Below, in pieces: positions 37,743-54,866 of a stretch of 64,000 nt of DNA. Source of the stretch: the human T2T-CHM13v2.0 reference genome, Homo sapiens; assembly GCF_009914755.1 (NCBI RefSeq), contig NC_060930.1; one strand, given 5' to 3'. Within the stretch, counting starts at the first letter, position 1, and each line of letters opens with the position of its first letter. The notes under the pieces are model-generated. The model was given only the letters and a program-made list of their open reading frames with translations. It had not been told where the DNA came from and made no database searches. The position numbers were made by a program, and so were the translations under genes.

Positions 37743-38033
37743 TAACTTTGAAATGCAACTTTAAAAGTTTTGGGGAGCTGATGAGAAAAAAGGATTTAGC
37801 TGCTTGAGTTAAATCATGTTTAAGTTTCCACTCTGGTGAACTTCGAACATGTGAGAGCTGTCCAGCAACGTGCAGTGCAGACTTCACGCACCGGCAGCGT
37901 CCTCTGACTGTAACCACGATGTGCGCCAGGACTGTGGGAGCTGGGGAGGGAATAACTGCAGGTGGGGAAGGCGGACTGAGGAAACGAATGACATGACCAG
38001 CGCATAATGATTCCATTCTGCCCAGGCTCTCAC

Positions 38034-38151
38034 CTTCTGTCTGTCCTTTGACCCACTGGTTTATGGTCTTCCTTGCATCTTCAGAGGCATGCTGAAAATC
38101 CACACTGGCCAGGTCAGCACCATATGTTTTCTGAGTCGAAACCAAGAACTC
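38034..38151 (-). CDS. SERPINB1: SERPINB1 exon 4 ([19 protein letters not shown]...[11 protein letters not shown])
   Basis: tag|GAG ... GAAG|gtgag, 118 nt, serpin INxWV motif. Confidence 0.96.
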
Positions 38152-38700
38152 CTATTAAAAAAAAGAAAAAGGAAATATATATATAACTCCTACTACATAT
38201 AGAAATTGTTTTCTAAAATCCCAAAAAGCAACAGAAATTGTCCTAAAAGGCTACAATTCCATGTAACACAAAATTTCTAACTCTTATAGTTTTTCTTATA
38301 GTAGTAAAAATCATTTAACATTAAATTTACGATCTTAGCCACTTTTAACTGTGCATTCCAGTAGTGGTAAGCCTAACCCTTATACTGTTGTTGTTATATA
38401 GAAATTACCACTCTTTTCTGAACTTTGACTAAGATTTCACAAACACTGATTGTACTCTTGCTTCAGTAAAACCTCCAAGAGCTATCTTTTCACTAAAAAG
38501 ACTGTAACACAAAATCACCATGTCAATTAAAGTTTGCATTCTGTCGTGTTTGCCTTCCATATTGTTTTTGCCATGTTTGCCTTCTGTATTGTTTTTCTGA
38601 AAGTTTACAAATATTAAAACTGACCTCCATGACTTGATTGTGCTGGAAAATATCTGCACTGTCTAGTGGGGTTTTAGAATGTGAAGGGCAAAGTACTTAC

Positions 38701-38838
38701 AGGAAGGAAATTGTAAGTTTTCTCTCCATATAATCTATTAGCAAGTTTCAGAATATAAGACGCTCCACGTTTGTTGATATCAGCATTCAGACTCTGGAAT
38801 CTTGAATGAACCTCTTCAACCGTGTTGAAATGGAAAGT
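38701..38838 (-). CDS. SERPINB1: SERPINB1 exon 3 ([46 protein letters not shown])
   Basis: ttttag|ACT ... CCT|gtaagt, 138 nt, serpin ANRLYGEK motif. Not in the ORF track; read manually. Confidence 0.96.
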
Positions 38839-40570
38839 CTAAAATAAAGAAAATCTTCTTTCTACAACCATTTATTTTGAAACTATAAAGTGATTCCTTG
38901 GTGTTTCCTTCTATCACATTAAATTAATGTGTTTTTATTACTAATTATTGATGATCCCAAACCCAATACTTTATTAATTTGTCATTGCAGAACAAACAAT
39001 AGGAAATCCAAAATTTATGGCTTCGTGAGACAGAATGTTTACAACTTTACACATTGCTTTTACATCACTCTTTGTTACACTTGCAGTTCCACAAATGTGG
39101 GTGGTTAAGATACTAAATATTTATATATAAGTCTGCCTTTTCCAAAGAAAATAATAAATGGTATGTTCATATTTATATTCTGTATCAAATATAATTTTAC
39201 TGAAAGTTCTCAGAAATAAGCAGTAAAAATAGGATTCATCCTCTATTCAGAACCACAAAGATAGTACAGACTGAAGCTTTTAAAATTTTATTACCCTATT
39301 AACATCAGTAACTCACTTATTTTAAAATAACTTCCTTAAACTTAACATTCTGGCAAAAGTTTAATTCCCCATGTATCAGTTACAAATCAAGAGGCCCTTT
39401 GTGGTTTTATGAGACCTAGGCTGGTTCCTTTATGATTAAGACACAAAGAACAAAATTGCATAGGGTACGAAGTCCACATTACTCACCGAGATATGGAATG
39501 TTTGCACTGTGCCTATGCTCCATCTGCTTTAATGGAAATGGGGGAGGAGTCCTTAAAACTATTCTTTGCTGAGGTTTTAAAGTCCCTGGAAAACCTCAAG
39601 CTAGGAACTGATATAACCCTGCAAGAAGCAACTAACAATTAGTAACAGAGGTTTTTTTTTTTTAATGGATTTAAAAAAAACATTTAAAATGCTTTCATAT
39701 CTAAAGCGATGAGTAATAGAAGTTTCGCAGCCCCTTGAACTTGAATCCCAGGCTGCACCTTGCCAAGGAACAGTTGCAGTGTAATTTGCGGCAGGTATGT
39801 TAGAAGAGCCTCCACTTTTACCACTCCTTTCTGCTGAGCTTAGAGAGAGAGAGCTAGAGTTCTCTTCTCAGAATTAAAGAGTACCAAGCACAGAAGTCCT
39901 CTCCATGTCCATTATGGACAAGAAGGAAGGCTGGGCATGAGAGTGACCTGTCACATCGCCAAGGGCTGGGTCCCGCCCCTGAAGCTGCGGGTCTCCCCCT
40001 CACCTCCCCTGCAGGGCGTGCTATGCCACAGCCCACTGAGCCATGCGCAGCACCCTGGGACTACAGAACCACAGGGTCACTTTTTCTCTTTTCCTTGCAA
40101 AAAAGCAATGCCACTATCTCCACTATAATGCATTCCCTATGTCTTATTCCTCTCATTATGCTTGAAAGTAGTGTTATATAACAGGCAATATTTATGAGTT
40201 GCATATCATCATATGCAAAGCAAAAACTGGAAGATGCTAGCTCAGGAGGATGTAGTATGCCTTTCAGGAAAGCTGTCAGATTCATCCACTGGAACAGAAG
40301 CCTCGCCCTGCAGGGATTTTTGTCAGCTTTGCTCACTGCTGTCTCCTCAGCAATACGAAAAACAGTTCCTGGTACGTGGTAGGTACTTAGGAAAAACCTG
40401 ATGATGAATGGAAGCCTGCATACAAGTGTGACTTTTCTGAAAGTCTGATCTCATAAAAATACAGTTCTGAAAACACAAGGTAAGAGCTCAAAGGCACAAC
40501 CTTTCCATGCAGACTGTCCATTCGTAGGGAGATGGGAGGAAAGCAGACCCTTTTTTTTGTTTCTGCTGAC

Positions 40571-40738
40571 CTTGGACAGCTGTGCTGCCGTGTTACCTCT
40601 GGTCCCCAGAAAAACCATGGCCATAGCAGATGAAATGCTGAAGGGAGAGATGAAGATGTTTCCAGCCGGATTGTTCTCACTCAACGCCAGGAACAGGTCC
40701 AAGGCGAAGCGGGTGTTTGCTGAGCTCAGCTGCTCCAT
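40571..40738 (-). CDS. SERPINB1: SERPINB1 exon 2 (first coding exon, [16 protein letters not shown]...AAQLSK)
   Basis: Acceptor cag|TTTTCACC-ATG (exon starts at 40746), Kozak-like ACCATGG, donor AAG|gtcag. Contains the clade-B serpin motif [16 protein letters not shown]. Confidence 0.97.
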
Positions 40739-41559
40739 GGTGAAAACTGCAACACAGAACAGGGTCCTCATGGTGCCCACTGCCCACGCCAGCAGATTAG
40801 GCAGCACTATTTCTCCAGAAGCTTCCTCAATTTCTGCCAACCGCCCTGAGGCATCCTGGATCTTGTACTTTCTCCCCGCTTTTTTATTCCAGCAGGGCAA
40901 GAACACTTTCCCAGGCCCACAAATGTGGGACCATTCTGGCCAAGGACTCAGCAGTTACAGGGGATTTTAGGGCACCCAGGGTGCCCTAAAGGGCTCTGAC
41001 CTTGCAGACAGGTGAGTCTGGGGGTGGGGCGGGGGTAAGGCAGGCCCCAGCTACCCCAGCTTTAGTGGGGTGGGAGGGCCCACCCAGCCCTGGGTCTTCC
41101 CAACCTATGTGTGGGAGCGCACGTGCTTCTGAGCCTTTGATTCAAGTCTCTGATTCATTGGGCAATGAATCCATTGCCTACCTTCACCTGAACTAAGAGC
41201 CTTCTATCAGAGACTCAGCTACCTACTATGCATTAAAACTCCAGCAAAGGTATCACTGTAATTATTATAATAATATAATTCTTCCTTATTTTTGAGGTTC
41301 AAAAGGTATGAGGTCCAGTGCCCACAGTCTCAGAGCCGGTGTAGGATGTGCCAGTTTGGAAACCCACCACAGTCCAGGGTCTGGCCGTGCAGCGTCCCAT
41401 CCGCCACCCACTAGCCCATCTCGATCTCCACTCTCAGAGCCCTGATTTCCCCCGAGGACAGGCAAAGAAGAACTGTGCTGGCTGCTCGGCATGTAAGCAC
41501 AAAGCTGATTTCTCCTTGTTGTGAAATCGTCTCTAGAATCGCACGGGGTTCCTCCTCTC

Positions 41560-42200
41560 TCTCCCTGCAGCTGCAGATAGGAGCCGCGGCCTGGCCCTGG
41601 GCTGCCTGGAAACCGTCACAAACAGCTCTGGGAGGAAGGGAATTCAGGGAGAAGGGACAACATTCTGATCTCAGGTTTCAGTCTTGCCTTCCGCCTGCAT
41701 CTGTCGTCCTCCCTCCCTCCCTCCCTCGCGGGCTGGCCCGGCCTGTACCCAGGCGGGGGCGGGGGATCAGAGGTCGTCTGTCTCCGTCGGGGCGCCCGGA
41801 AGGGATGGGGGCGCGAAGCTGGCGGGGAGGGCGAGCGCAGGGAGCTGCGGGTCTGAGGGGCCTGAGCCTGGGGGGTGGGGGGTGCCGGGCTGGAAGCTGA
41901 GCGAGGGAGCCTGGCCTCTCCCCGCGCCCGCGCCCGCCCCCGCGCCACCGCTCCGAGGCCCGGCCTTACCCGACAGGCCGCCGAGGCACGCTCCGGGCTC
42001 CGAGCTGGGTGCGAGGTCAGGAAGGAGGCACCGAGGGCCGCTGCTCTTATAGCAGGCGGAAGTGTCACCCGGGCCAGCAGCCGCGGGCGGGGCGGCGGCC
42101 CTTCCCGGTGACTGCGTAGGAGTCCGAGCTCCCGAGGTCGCCTAAGTGCAAGCAGAAGTGAGCGTGGCTTCCGGGCAGCGCCCTCCTCAGGGGCGCGGCT
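41560..42200 (-). promoter_or_regulatory. CpG island and SERPINB1 promoter: TATAAGA (42045-42051, minus strand), Ets core GGAAGT (about 42058), GC box GGGCGGGGCGG (about 42085-42095)
   Basis: Very high GC and CpG density with the motifs read directly from the sequence. Consistent with reported PU.1/Sp1 regulation of this gene. Confidence 0.85.
41970..42020 (-). other. SERPINB1: SERPINB1 non-coding exon 1
   Basis: Strong donor CGG|gtaagg at 41969. TATAAGA lies about 25-30 nt upstream of the inferred start. Confidence 0.8.
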
Positions 42201-42444
42201 TCTTTCTCAGTTCAAAGCCTTTCCCCGAATCTCTGGCAAGGACCTGAAAAGCTTTTTCTTACTAAGGTGTGAATGACTGAGACGACATATTGTGACACCT
42301 CTTAGAGGGCAAATGACTCCCTTTGAGTCCCATCTATATTGGGAGCTTTCTTTGAGAGAAGGAAGCAAATTTGGGGATCTTGCACAGGGAAAAAGAGGGG
42401 CCCCCAGAATCAGATGAAACAGAACCAGTTCCAAACACCTGCTC

Positions 42445-44772
42445 TCTGTTTCCAAGATGACAGCTTGCTGCTGCGTCCTCAATGGTGGAAAGTGGAAGGG
42501 CAAAAGGGGCCAAATCTCATGTGAAGTCTCTCGTATAAGGGGCCAATCCCATTCATGAGGAAGGTGCCCTCATAATCCAGTCACCTCCTAAAGGCACCAC
42601 CTGTTAGTATTGCATTGAGGATTGTTTCAGCATGAATTTTGCAGGGAACACAGACATTCAAAGCATAGCATTCTGCCCCTGCCCTCCAAATTCATACCCC
42701 TCTCACATGCAAAATGCATGCATTGTATCCCAGTGGCCTCCAAAGTTCCAGTATCAACTTTAAAATGTAAGTCCAAAGTCTCACCTAAATATCTTCTAAA
42801 TTAGAAAGGCATAAGATTCAAAGTACAATTCATCCTAAGTGAAATTCCCCTCCAGCTATGAGCCCGTGAAATCAAATAGGTTACAGGCCTTCAAAATACA
42901 GTGATGAGACAGGCATAGGACGTACATTCCCATTCCCAAAGGGAGAAGCAGGCAAGAAGAAAGGAGTATCTGGTCCCAAGTAAGTCCAAACCCAACAAGG
43001 CAAACAGCATTAAATCTTGGGGCTTCAGAATAATCTTCTTTGATGCTGTGTCCCCCATTCCGAGCACAGGGGGGTGGAGACTGGGTCCCCTAGTGTCCAG
43101 GGGATCCACTCCCATGGATTTGCCAGGTGCAACCCATGCAGCAGCTCTCACAGGTTGAGGTCTAGGCTCTCCCAGGATAGACTTGCATGCTGGTGGCTGG
43201 ACAGTTCTGGGTTCTCAGGGACAGCCCTGTTCCCACAGCTCCACTAGATATTACTCTAGTTGGGGCTCTCTGCAGTGGCCCCAATCCCACTGCTCCACTA
43301 AACATTGCCCTAGTGAGGGTTTTCTGCAGCAGCCTCACCTCAGTGACAATTCTCAGACTGGGCCCCCAGGGTCCCCAACACATCCTTCAAAATCTAGGTG
43401 GAGGTGGCTGTGTCTCCACAGTTCATGCACTCTGTGCACCTGCAAAGTTAGCATCACGTGGACTCTGCCAAGGCTTACAGGAAGGGTGGCCTGACAAGGG
43501 CCTGCATAAGCCACACGTGGGATGGTGGCCAAAGAGTGCTGCACCAGAATGTGGGGGGTGGGGGGGCAGAGACTTGAGGCAGCCCTAGGCAGCAAGCCCC
43601 AAGGTTCCATGGTGTCCTGAGTCCTCCCTTAAAACTATTCTGCCCTCAGGGTCCTGGCACTCTGGGACAGGGATGAGAATCCAGAACCAGTAACCTCAGA
43701 AATGCCTTTGGGTTCATTCTTCCATTGTCTTGATAAATAGCATCTGGCTTCCTTCTACACATACTCATCTCATTATCAAATGTGAACCTGGCAGCACTCT
43801 TGGTGTTCCCTCCCAAACATGCCTTTTCATTCTTTACATGGCCAGGCTGAGAATTTTCCAAAACTTTAAGCTCTGCTTCCCTCTTGATTATAAACTTCGT
43901 TTTTAATTCATTCTCTCTGCTCACATTTTACTACAAGCAGTCAAGAGAAGCCATGCTGCACTCTCAACGCTTTGCTCAGAGATTTCTTCCATCAAATATC
44001 CTAGTTTATTGCCTTTAAGTTCTGCCATTCAGAAAACACTAGGACATAGACACAATTCAGCCAAGTTCATTGCCACTGTGTAACAAGGATGACCTTTCCT
44101 CCAGTTTCCTTTTAAGATCTCATCAAAAGTGTCTTTACCATCTATACTTCTAACCGCATTCTGATCAAGACCAGACCACTTAATTAATCTCTAAGATGAT
44201 TTAGGCTCTCCCTACAGCTCTCCTTGTCTTCTGAGCCCTCACCCTTAATTTCCCTTAAAGCTCTGTTTATGTCTATACAGGCTTTTTCCAGCATGCATCT
44301 CCAAATTCTTCCAGCCTCTACCCATTACTCAGTTTCAAAGCTGTTTCCACATATTTAGGTATTAGTTATAGCAACATCCCATTCTCAGTATCAATTTCTG
44401 TCATAGTCCATTTGTGCTGCTATAAATACCTGTGATTGGGCAATTTATTAAAAACAGAAATGTATTGCTCACAGTTCTGGAGGCTGGGAAGTCCAAGAAT
44501 AAGGCATCCACATATTTGGTGCCTGGTGTGGGCTGCTCTCTGCTTCCAAAATGGCACCTTGTTGCTGCATCCAAGGGGGAAATATACTGTATCTTCACGT
44601 GGCGGTGGGAGGGATGGAAAGGGCTGAACGCACTCCCTCAAGGGCCCAAATCCCACCCATGACGGTTCTGCCCTCATGACTTAAGCACTTCTTAAGGCTC
44701 TACCTCTTAATACTATCACATTGGTGATAAAGTTTCAACATATGAATTTTGGGGAGACACATTCAGCCCATA
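42445..44772 (-). mobile_element. MST-family MaLR provirus: partial LTR (about 42445-42670), internal region, LTR (about 44399-44772). A further plus-strand LTR fragment lies at about 44780-44988
   Basis: MST LTR motifs (cacagttctggaggctgggaagtccaaga; cacattcaaa..atagca) and THE1/MST-internal-like sequence. Confidence 0.8.
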
Positions 44773-45759
44773 AAACATCTGTTCTGTCAGGTGAGGACAC
44801 AGCATTTGTCCCTTCTGCCTTTCCCACCAAATGAGAACACCGCAAGAAAATGCCCTCATCAGACACTGAGTCTGCACCTGCAGATCTCGAACTTCCCAGC
44901 CTTGGACTTCCCAGCCTCCAGAACTGTAAGAAATAGGTGTCTAGTGTTTACAAGATGTTTTGATAAAGCAGCAGGAAAAGACTAAGACAGGGGCTCTTCT
45001 TGAGAAGCCGGCCTTGTTCTTATCCCTCTTGTCTAGGAGAAATGTGTGGACACGGCCACATTACTGCCCCCGAGTCTTCCTAGCCCATCTCATCCAACAA
45101 TAATATGGAGAAGTGTCAGTCTCCTAAGCGTTTTTCCTTATTCTCCTCCACCTTGAATTATTCCTGAATTATTCCTCCTGCCTCCAGCTCCTGAAAGTAG
45201 AACTTAGACTTTTTCTGGCTCTTCAAACGAGCTGCTACTGATCACCCAGAACTCTCAGAAGCATCTTGAGAATTTTTTTCTTCACTCTTCAAGTCATTTT
45301 GAATTAGCTTGTTTTCTTGTTCAGTTTAAGAAACTGCTATTAAGTGAATTGTGACACTTTTAATAAACTTGCAGCATGGTGAAATTAAAAGTCTCACAAT
45401 AGCGTTTTGTAAATATGTTAAATATAATTCTTGTGGGTAAATTATTTCCATGTTGTGCTCGCTGGGTAATATATTTTATTTTAGGTACTAATATATTTTA
45501 TTTTATTTTATTATTTTATTTAGGTAAAATAAAATAATATATTTTCTTTTAGGTAATTTATTTTAGGTGATTTATTTTAGGTAATATATTTTATTTTATC
45601 CTCAAAAGATAAAATGTATAGTAATCCACTAGCAGTTCAGCAACTGGAAATATTTTAAACTCAAAAAAAGCAATTTTTGTGTGCCACAGCCTGTATTTAG
45701 TATAGCAAAGGAGAAATATGAAAATAATTATTACATTTGTTTTTAATAAATAATTTTTT

Positions 45760-48208
<2,449 letters not shown>

Positions 48209-49682
48209 TCACTTGGGAGGGAGGTCTCTCAAGGTATGCCACAGGGCTCTGCCTGTGTGTGGTCCTGTCTCACCCTCTCACAAACAACTTTGATGGAAGC
48301 ATAGAGGGCCACAAAGAAGAAATTTTCGAATAGCACAAGCCTATTGCCGTGGATGACAGAATCAAGATTTGAAAGAACTCCACTAGGTGAAATGTCATCC
48401 CAGACCAGTATGAAGAAACGTAATAATGACGATATAGATGCTTTAAATTTAGATTTAAAAAAAATCAATTCTGCCAATGCCAGAAGTGGGAGGCCTATTT
48501 TAGTAGCACTTCACATGAAGAAAAATCTGAAATTTTAACTGACCACAAAGTCAATATTCACCAATATGGCGAGGAAGGTTTTAGCACTGGTAGAAGCATA
48601 AGCAGCCACATCCAGTAAGGGGGTAGGGGCCATGCCCCACACTCTGGCCTGACCTGTTTAGAGATGGCTTTCAGATGTGGGTGCCACCCATAGTCAGAGG
48701 GAGATGAGGGTGATATTCTGTGGCAGAATTTCGGAAGGAGTTGGATTTTCTTCATTCAGAGGATAAGACTCCGAAATGAGAGAAAACCATCAGGTAGATC
48801 TGGACAATACAATACGGAAATTGGAAGGAAGCTTTTGTGGCAAGAGGACCTGGGTCTGAATCCCAGTGCAGCCTCTTACTGGTTGGGTCCTTGAGGTGAA
48901 TTTCTCATATCGTCACAGACCCAGCCGCATCATCTATGATTGGAGATAGAAATGGCAATCTCCTAAGGTTTTTGGGTAGATTAAATGAAATGTCTATAAA
49001 GGTTAGGATCAATCGAGATACAGTCCAGAAGGTGGTTAAGAGCATTTGCCTCCCCTGTAGTACACGTGCAGTAACTGGTTGTTGGAGCTCAGGCTGCCTA
49101 AGTGTGTTTCAGGTATGGCAACAGGAAGCTGAATGCAAATGAGAGCACGTCCCAGGAGCCACAACCTCTAGCCCCACCCACTAGCGACGCACAGCACAAT
49201 TCGCGACAGACACTTACCAACCAGTAAGACTGGATGAGAGACAGACCAGAATGCTTGTTCCAACACACCTGGGTGACGAACACCTAGTCAACCTTCCACA
49301 AGTGTAGGTGCCGTCGCATGGAGCACTGTGTCATGGACAGCAGGCTGCTTCTGCATGGCTCTGGGGACTAATGTGGATGTGTCGGAAGCAGTGTGATGTC
49401 CAGAACTTTCTCATACACAGACGGGAAGCCCTCCATGGAAACGTGATGCTCGTTTTTGTCACCGAAGCCAACTTGATAATCTACTCAGGGATAGTGAAGA
49501 GGAAATTTCTACTTTGGACCAAAGAATGCATGAGTTAACATCAAAGTTCTAAATGTTGTTCTTAATTCTAAATTGTCTATGAATTCAGCAAGTTGGGCTA
49601 CATTTTTGTAAGGAACCCGCAACAGCCCAGCACTCTGGACAGGTTCAAGGGACAAAGCAGTGGCAGAGGCATCTGCTTTTTA

Positions 49683-51931
<2,249 letters not shown>

Positions 51932-52189
51932 AATATATTTGCATATATATATATTTTAATATCCCACGCCTACACTCTGGGATAACTCAGCTCTTACAGG
52001 CAGTAATCATGGGTCAGACCTGCCATTATCCAGTTCAGCCCATTTCATTTGACAGACACCTGGTGAATAGAGACATGCAGGGACTCTTGTCCACATTTGC
52101 CCAGTTGGCTGATAGCACAGTGTACAAAGTCTGTCTGCAGCAGGTCATAATTTCACAGCTCTGCCACATGCATGTATATCACTGTACCA

Positions 52190-53260
52190 AGCGTGTTCAC
52201 ATGGTATGGTGCTGACACATGTTGACGGAATGTGGTACAGACCCTCTGTGTGAAGTGTGTTCACACAGTGCGGTGCTGACCCTCTGTATGAAGCGTGTTC
52301 ACACGGTGCGGTGCTGACTCTCTGTATGAAGCGTGTTCACCTGGTGCAGGACAGACTCTCTGCATGAAGCATGTTCACACAGTGCGGTGCTGACCCGACC
52401 CTCTGTATGAAGCATGTTCACACGGTGCAGTGCTGACTCTCTGTATGACACATGTTCACACAGTGAGGTGCTGACCCTCTGTATGAAGCATGTTCACGTA
52501 GTGCAGTGCTGACTCTGTATGAAGTGTGTTCACACAATGAGGTGCTGACCTCATGTATGAAGCATGTTCACACAATGCGGTGCTGACCCTCTGTATGAAG
52601 CGTGTTCACACGGTGCGGTGCTGACTCTCTGTATGACACATGTTCACACAATGCGGTGCTGACCTTCTGTATGAAGCGTGTTCACACAGTGCAGTGCTGA
52701 CCTTCTGTATGACACATGTTCACAGAGTGAGGTGCTGATCTTCTGTATGAAGCATGTTCACATGGTGCAGTACTGACTCTCTGTTTGAAGTGTGTTCACA
52801 TGGTGCAGTGCTGACCTGTATGAAGGATGTTCACGCGGTGCGGTGCTGACTCTCTGTATAACACATGTTCACACAGTGAGGTGCTGATCTTCTGTATGAA
52901 GCATGTTCACACAGTGCAGTGCTGACTCTCTGTATGAAGTGTGTTCACACGGTGCATTGCTGACCTTCTGTATGAAGTGTGTTCACACAGTGAGGTGCTG
53001 ATCTTCTGTATGAAGCATGTTCACACGGTGCAGTACTGACTCTCTGTATGAAGTGTGTTCACATGGTGCGGTGCTGACTCTCTGTATGAAGCGTGTTCAC
53101 ACAGTGCGGTGCTGACTCTCTGTATGAAGCATGTTCACACGGTGCGGTGCTGACTCTCTGTATGAAGTGTGTTCACCTGGTGCAGTACAGGCTCTCTGCA
53201 TGAAGCATGTTCACACAGTGCGGTGCTGACCCTCTGTATGAAGCGTGTTCACACAGTGCA
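52190..53260. repeat. 38-bp minisatellite (VNTR), about 28 copies, consensus approximately GTGCTGACTCTCTGTATGAAGCATGTTCACACGGTGCG
   Basis: Tandem array read directly, with small indel variants between units. Confidence 0.95.
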
Positions 53261-53465
53261 TGTGAAACCAGAACCGACAGTCGAACCCAAGCAGAAGTCT
53301 TGACCAAGCACTTCCCTCCTGGGAATGCACCATGATATCACCACACCGAAGTCCAGGCTGGCAAATAGGGACATTTAAGTGACATTTAAGCTCGTGGTGG
53401 CCCTATGAGGAGTCATTGCTGACTGAGATGGGATTTTAAGGTGTTGCCTGCCTGTGTGTTCTCAG

Positions 53466-53846
53466 ACCCTCTCCTGAAGCCCCACCCCTTCCCCTGATCC
53501 TCTCCTGGGACCCCCCTCCCCTATCCCTGACCCTCTCCTGGAGCCCCCCTCCCCCCTCCCTGTCCCTCTCCTGAAGTCCCCTCCCCTGACCCTGTCCTGG
53601 GACCCCCTCGCCTTTCCCTGACCCTCACCTGAAGTCCCCTCCCCTCTCCCTGTCCCTCTCCTGAAGTCCCCTCCCCTGACCCTCACCTGGGACCCCCCTC
53701 CCCTTTCCCTGACCCTCTCCTGGGACCCCCTCCCCTTTCCCTGACCCTCTCCTGGAGCCCCCTCCCCTCTCCCTGTCCCTCTCCTGAAGTCCCCTCCCCT
53801 GACCCTCTCCTGGGACCCCCTCCCCTTTACCTGACCCTCTCCTGAA
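53466..53846. repeat. C-rich (G-rich on the minus strand) minisatellite, units like CCCTGACCCTCTCCTGGGACCCCCTCCCCTTT
   Basis: Read directly. Confidence 0.92.
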
Positions 53847-54159
53847 ATGCCCTGCCTGCACCATTGTCTTATATTTTTCTCATGGTTAGACTGGGGTTAT
53901 GGTTTTTTCTGGGAAAGGCCACAGAGGTAAAGTGACATCTCATTGTGTCATATTCAGGGTCCATGCCATCAACATGACTCATCAGTGCTGACGCGGTGAT
54001 GACCTGGGGGACGCAGTGTTTCTCAGGTTCCCCCACTGAGCCTCTGCAACTCCAGTAGTGACAAACCGCTCCACCCCCCGCCATCCATTTTCTTAATTGT
54101 TCAATTGCTAGTATCACATTTCATCAAGAGACGCATAGCAGAGTCCAACCAAGACTCCA

Positions 54160-54236
54160 TGATAGAGAAACCAGGCAAGAACTACTGTCTCGTTGCAACT
54201 TGAGGAGACAATATTTCTTGCCTGGTTTCCCTATCA
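54160..54236 (-). ncRNA. MIR4645: pre-miRNA hairpin MIR4645 (5p ACCAGGCAAGAAAUAUUGU at 54208-54226; 3p AGACAGUAGUUCUUGCCUGGUU at 54169-54190)
   Basis: Near-perfect stem of about 36 bp (TCCATGATAGAGAAACCAGGCAAGAA... paired with ...TTCTTGCCTGGTTTCCCTATCATGGA). The arm sequences match miR-4645 as I recall it. Confidence 0.85.
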
Positions 54237-54866
54237 TGGAAACTGAGTCCCCCACAGTTTCGTTTCCTCAATCGAGCTAATTACTGAGGTTGCTTAGCAG
54301 CCTCCGGAGTGAGCACAGCGGAAACTATCATTAGGGAACTTTGAACGTTTCTGTGAAATGCCAACAGGAAATGTTTCGGCATTTTCAAAATATTTAGAAA
54401 ATTCCCTGTTCAGTTACAAAAGTGAATCTGAATCTTACCCTGCAGAAGTTAAACTGCTCCCTCTTCTGGATAAAATTACCTTTGTAATTTCTTTTTACAA
54501 CCTACAGCCTATTGTGCTTGGGTTTCCAAATGGTTTAAAGTTCCCTTGTCCCTTACTTTGTGTCAAGGGGGTGTTTGTGCCTTAAAGGGAAGATCCTGTG
54601 CCTTAAAGGAAACCAGAACTGATAGTCGAACCCAAGCAGAAGTCTTGACCAAGCACTTCCCTCCTGGGAGTGCACCATGATATCACCACACCGAAGGCCA
54701 GGCTGGCAAACAGGGATGTACACGCAGGGGAGACGAGAACTTCTCCCGTGAGAAACAGCACAGTCCAGCCATATGAACCCACAGCTCAGGAAGTATTGCT
54801 CACTTTTACTGTTCTCTCTTAGGGAAGGGCATTCTCAAAACGTTTCCGCACAAGCAGACCATCCCT

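Larger units (their letters stand above)
53264..54716 (+). repeat. 108-bp direct duplication (copies at 53264-53371 and 54609-54716)
   Basis: GAAACCAGAAC..AGTCGAACCCAAGCAGAAGTCTTGACC...GGCTGGCAAA.AGGGA. Five mismatches by manual alignment. Confidence 0.93.

Noticed and set aside
38547-38597. 27-bp imperfect tandem duplication in intron 3 (TGTTTGCCTTC..TATTGTTTTT)
   Set aside because: It is an ordinary slippage duplication with no evident function.
40739-40906. Apparent N-terminal extension of SERPINB1 (ORF 40451..40906)
   Set aside because: It lies in intron 1 upstream of the exon 2 acceptor at 40746. The known protein starts at MEQLSS.
41475-42111. ORFs of 78-150 aa over the promoter
   Set aside because: They are an artefact of stop-codon scarcity in the CpG island.
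48229-48540. Unique sequence with short ORFs on both strands and a possible minus-strand donor
   Set aside because: It has no recognisable protein motif or homology. An exon or pseudogene cannot be supported without a search.
52190-53260. CRISPR-like appearance of the ~38-bp array
   Set aside because: The units are head-to-tail with no unique spacers, there are no cas genes, and the context is eukaryotic. It is a minisatellite.
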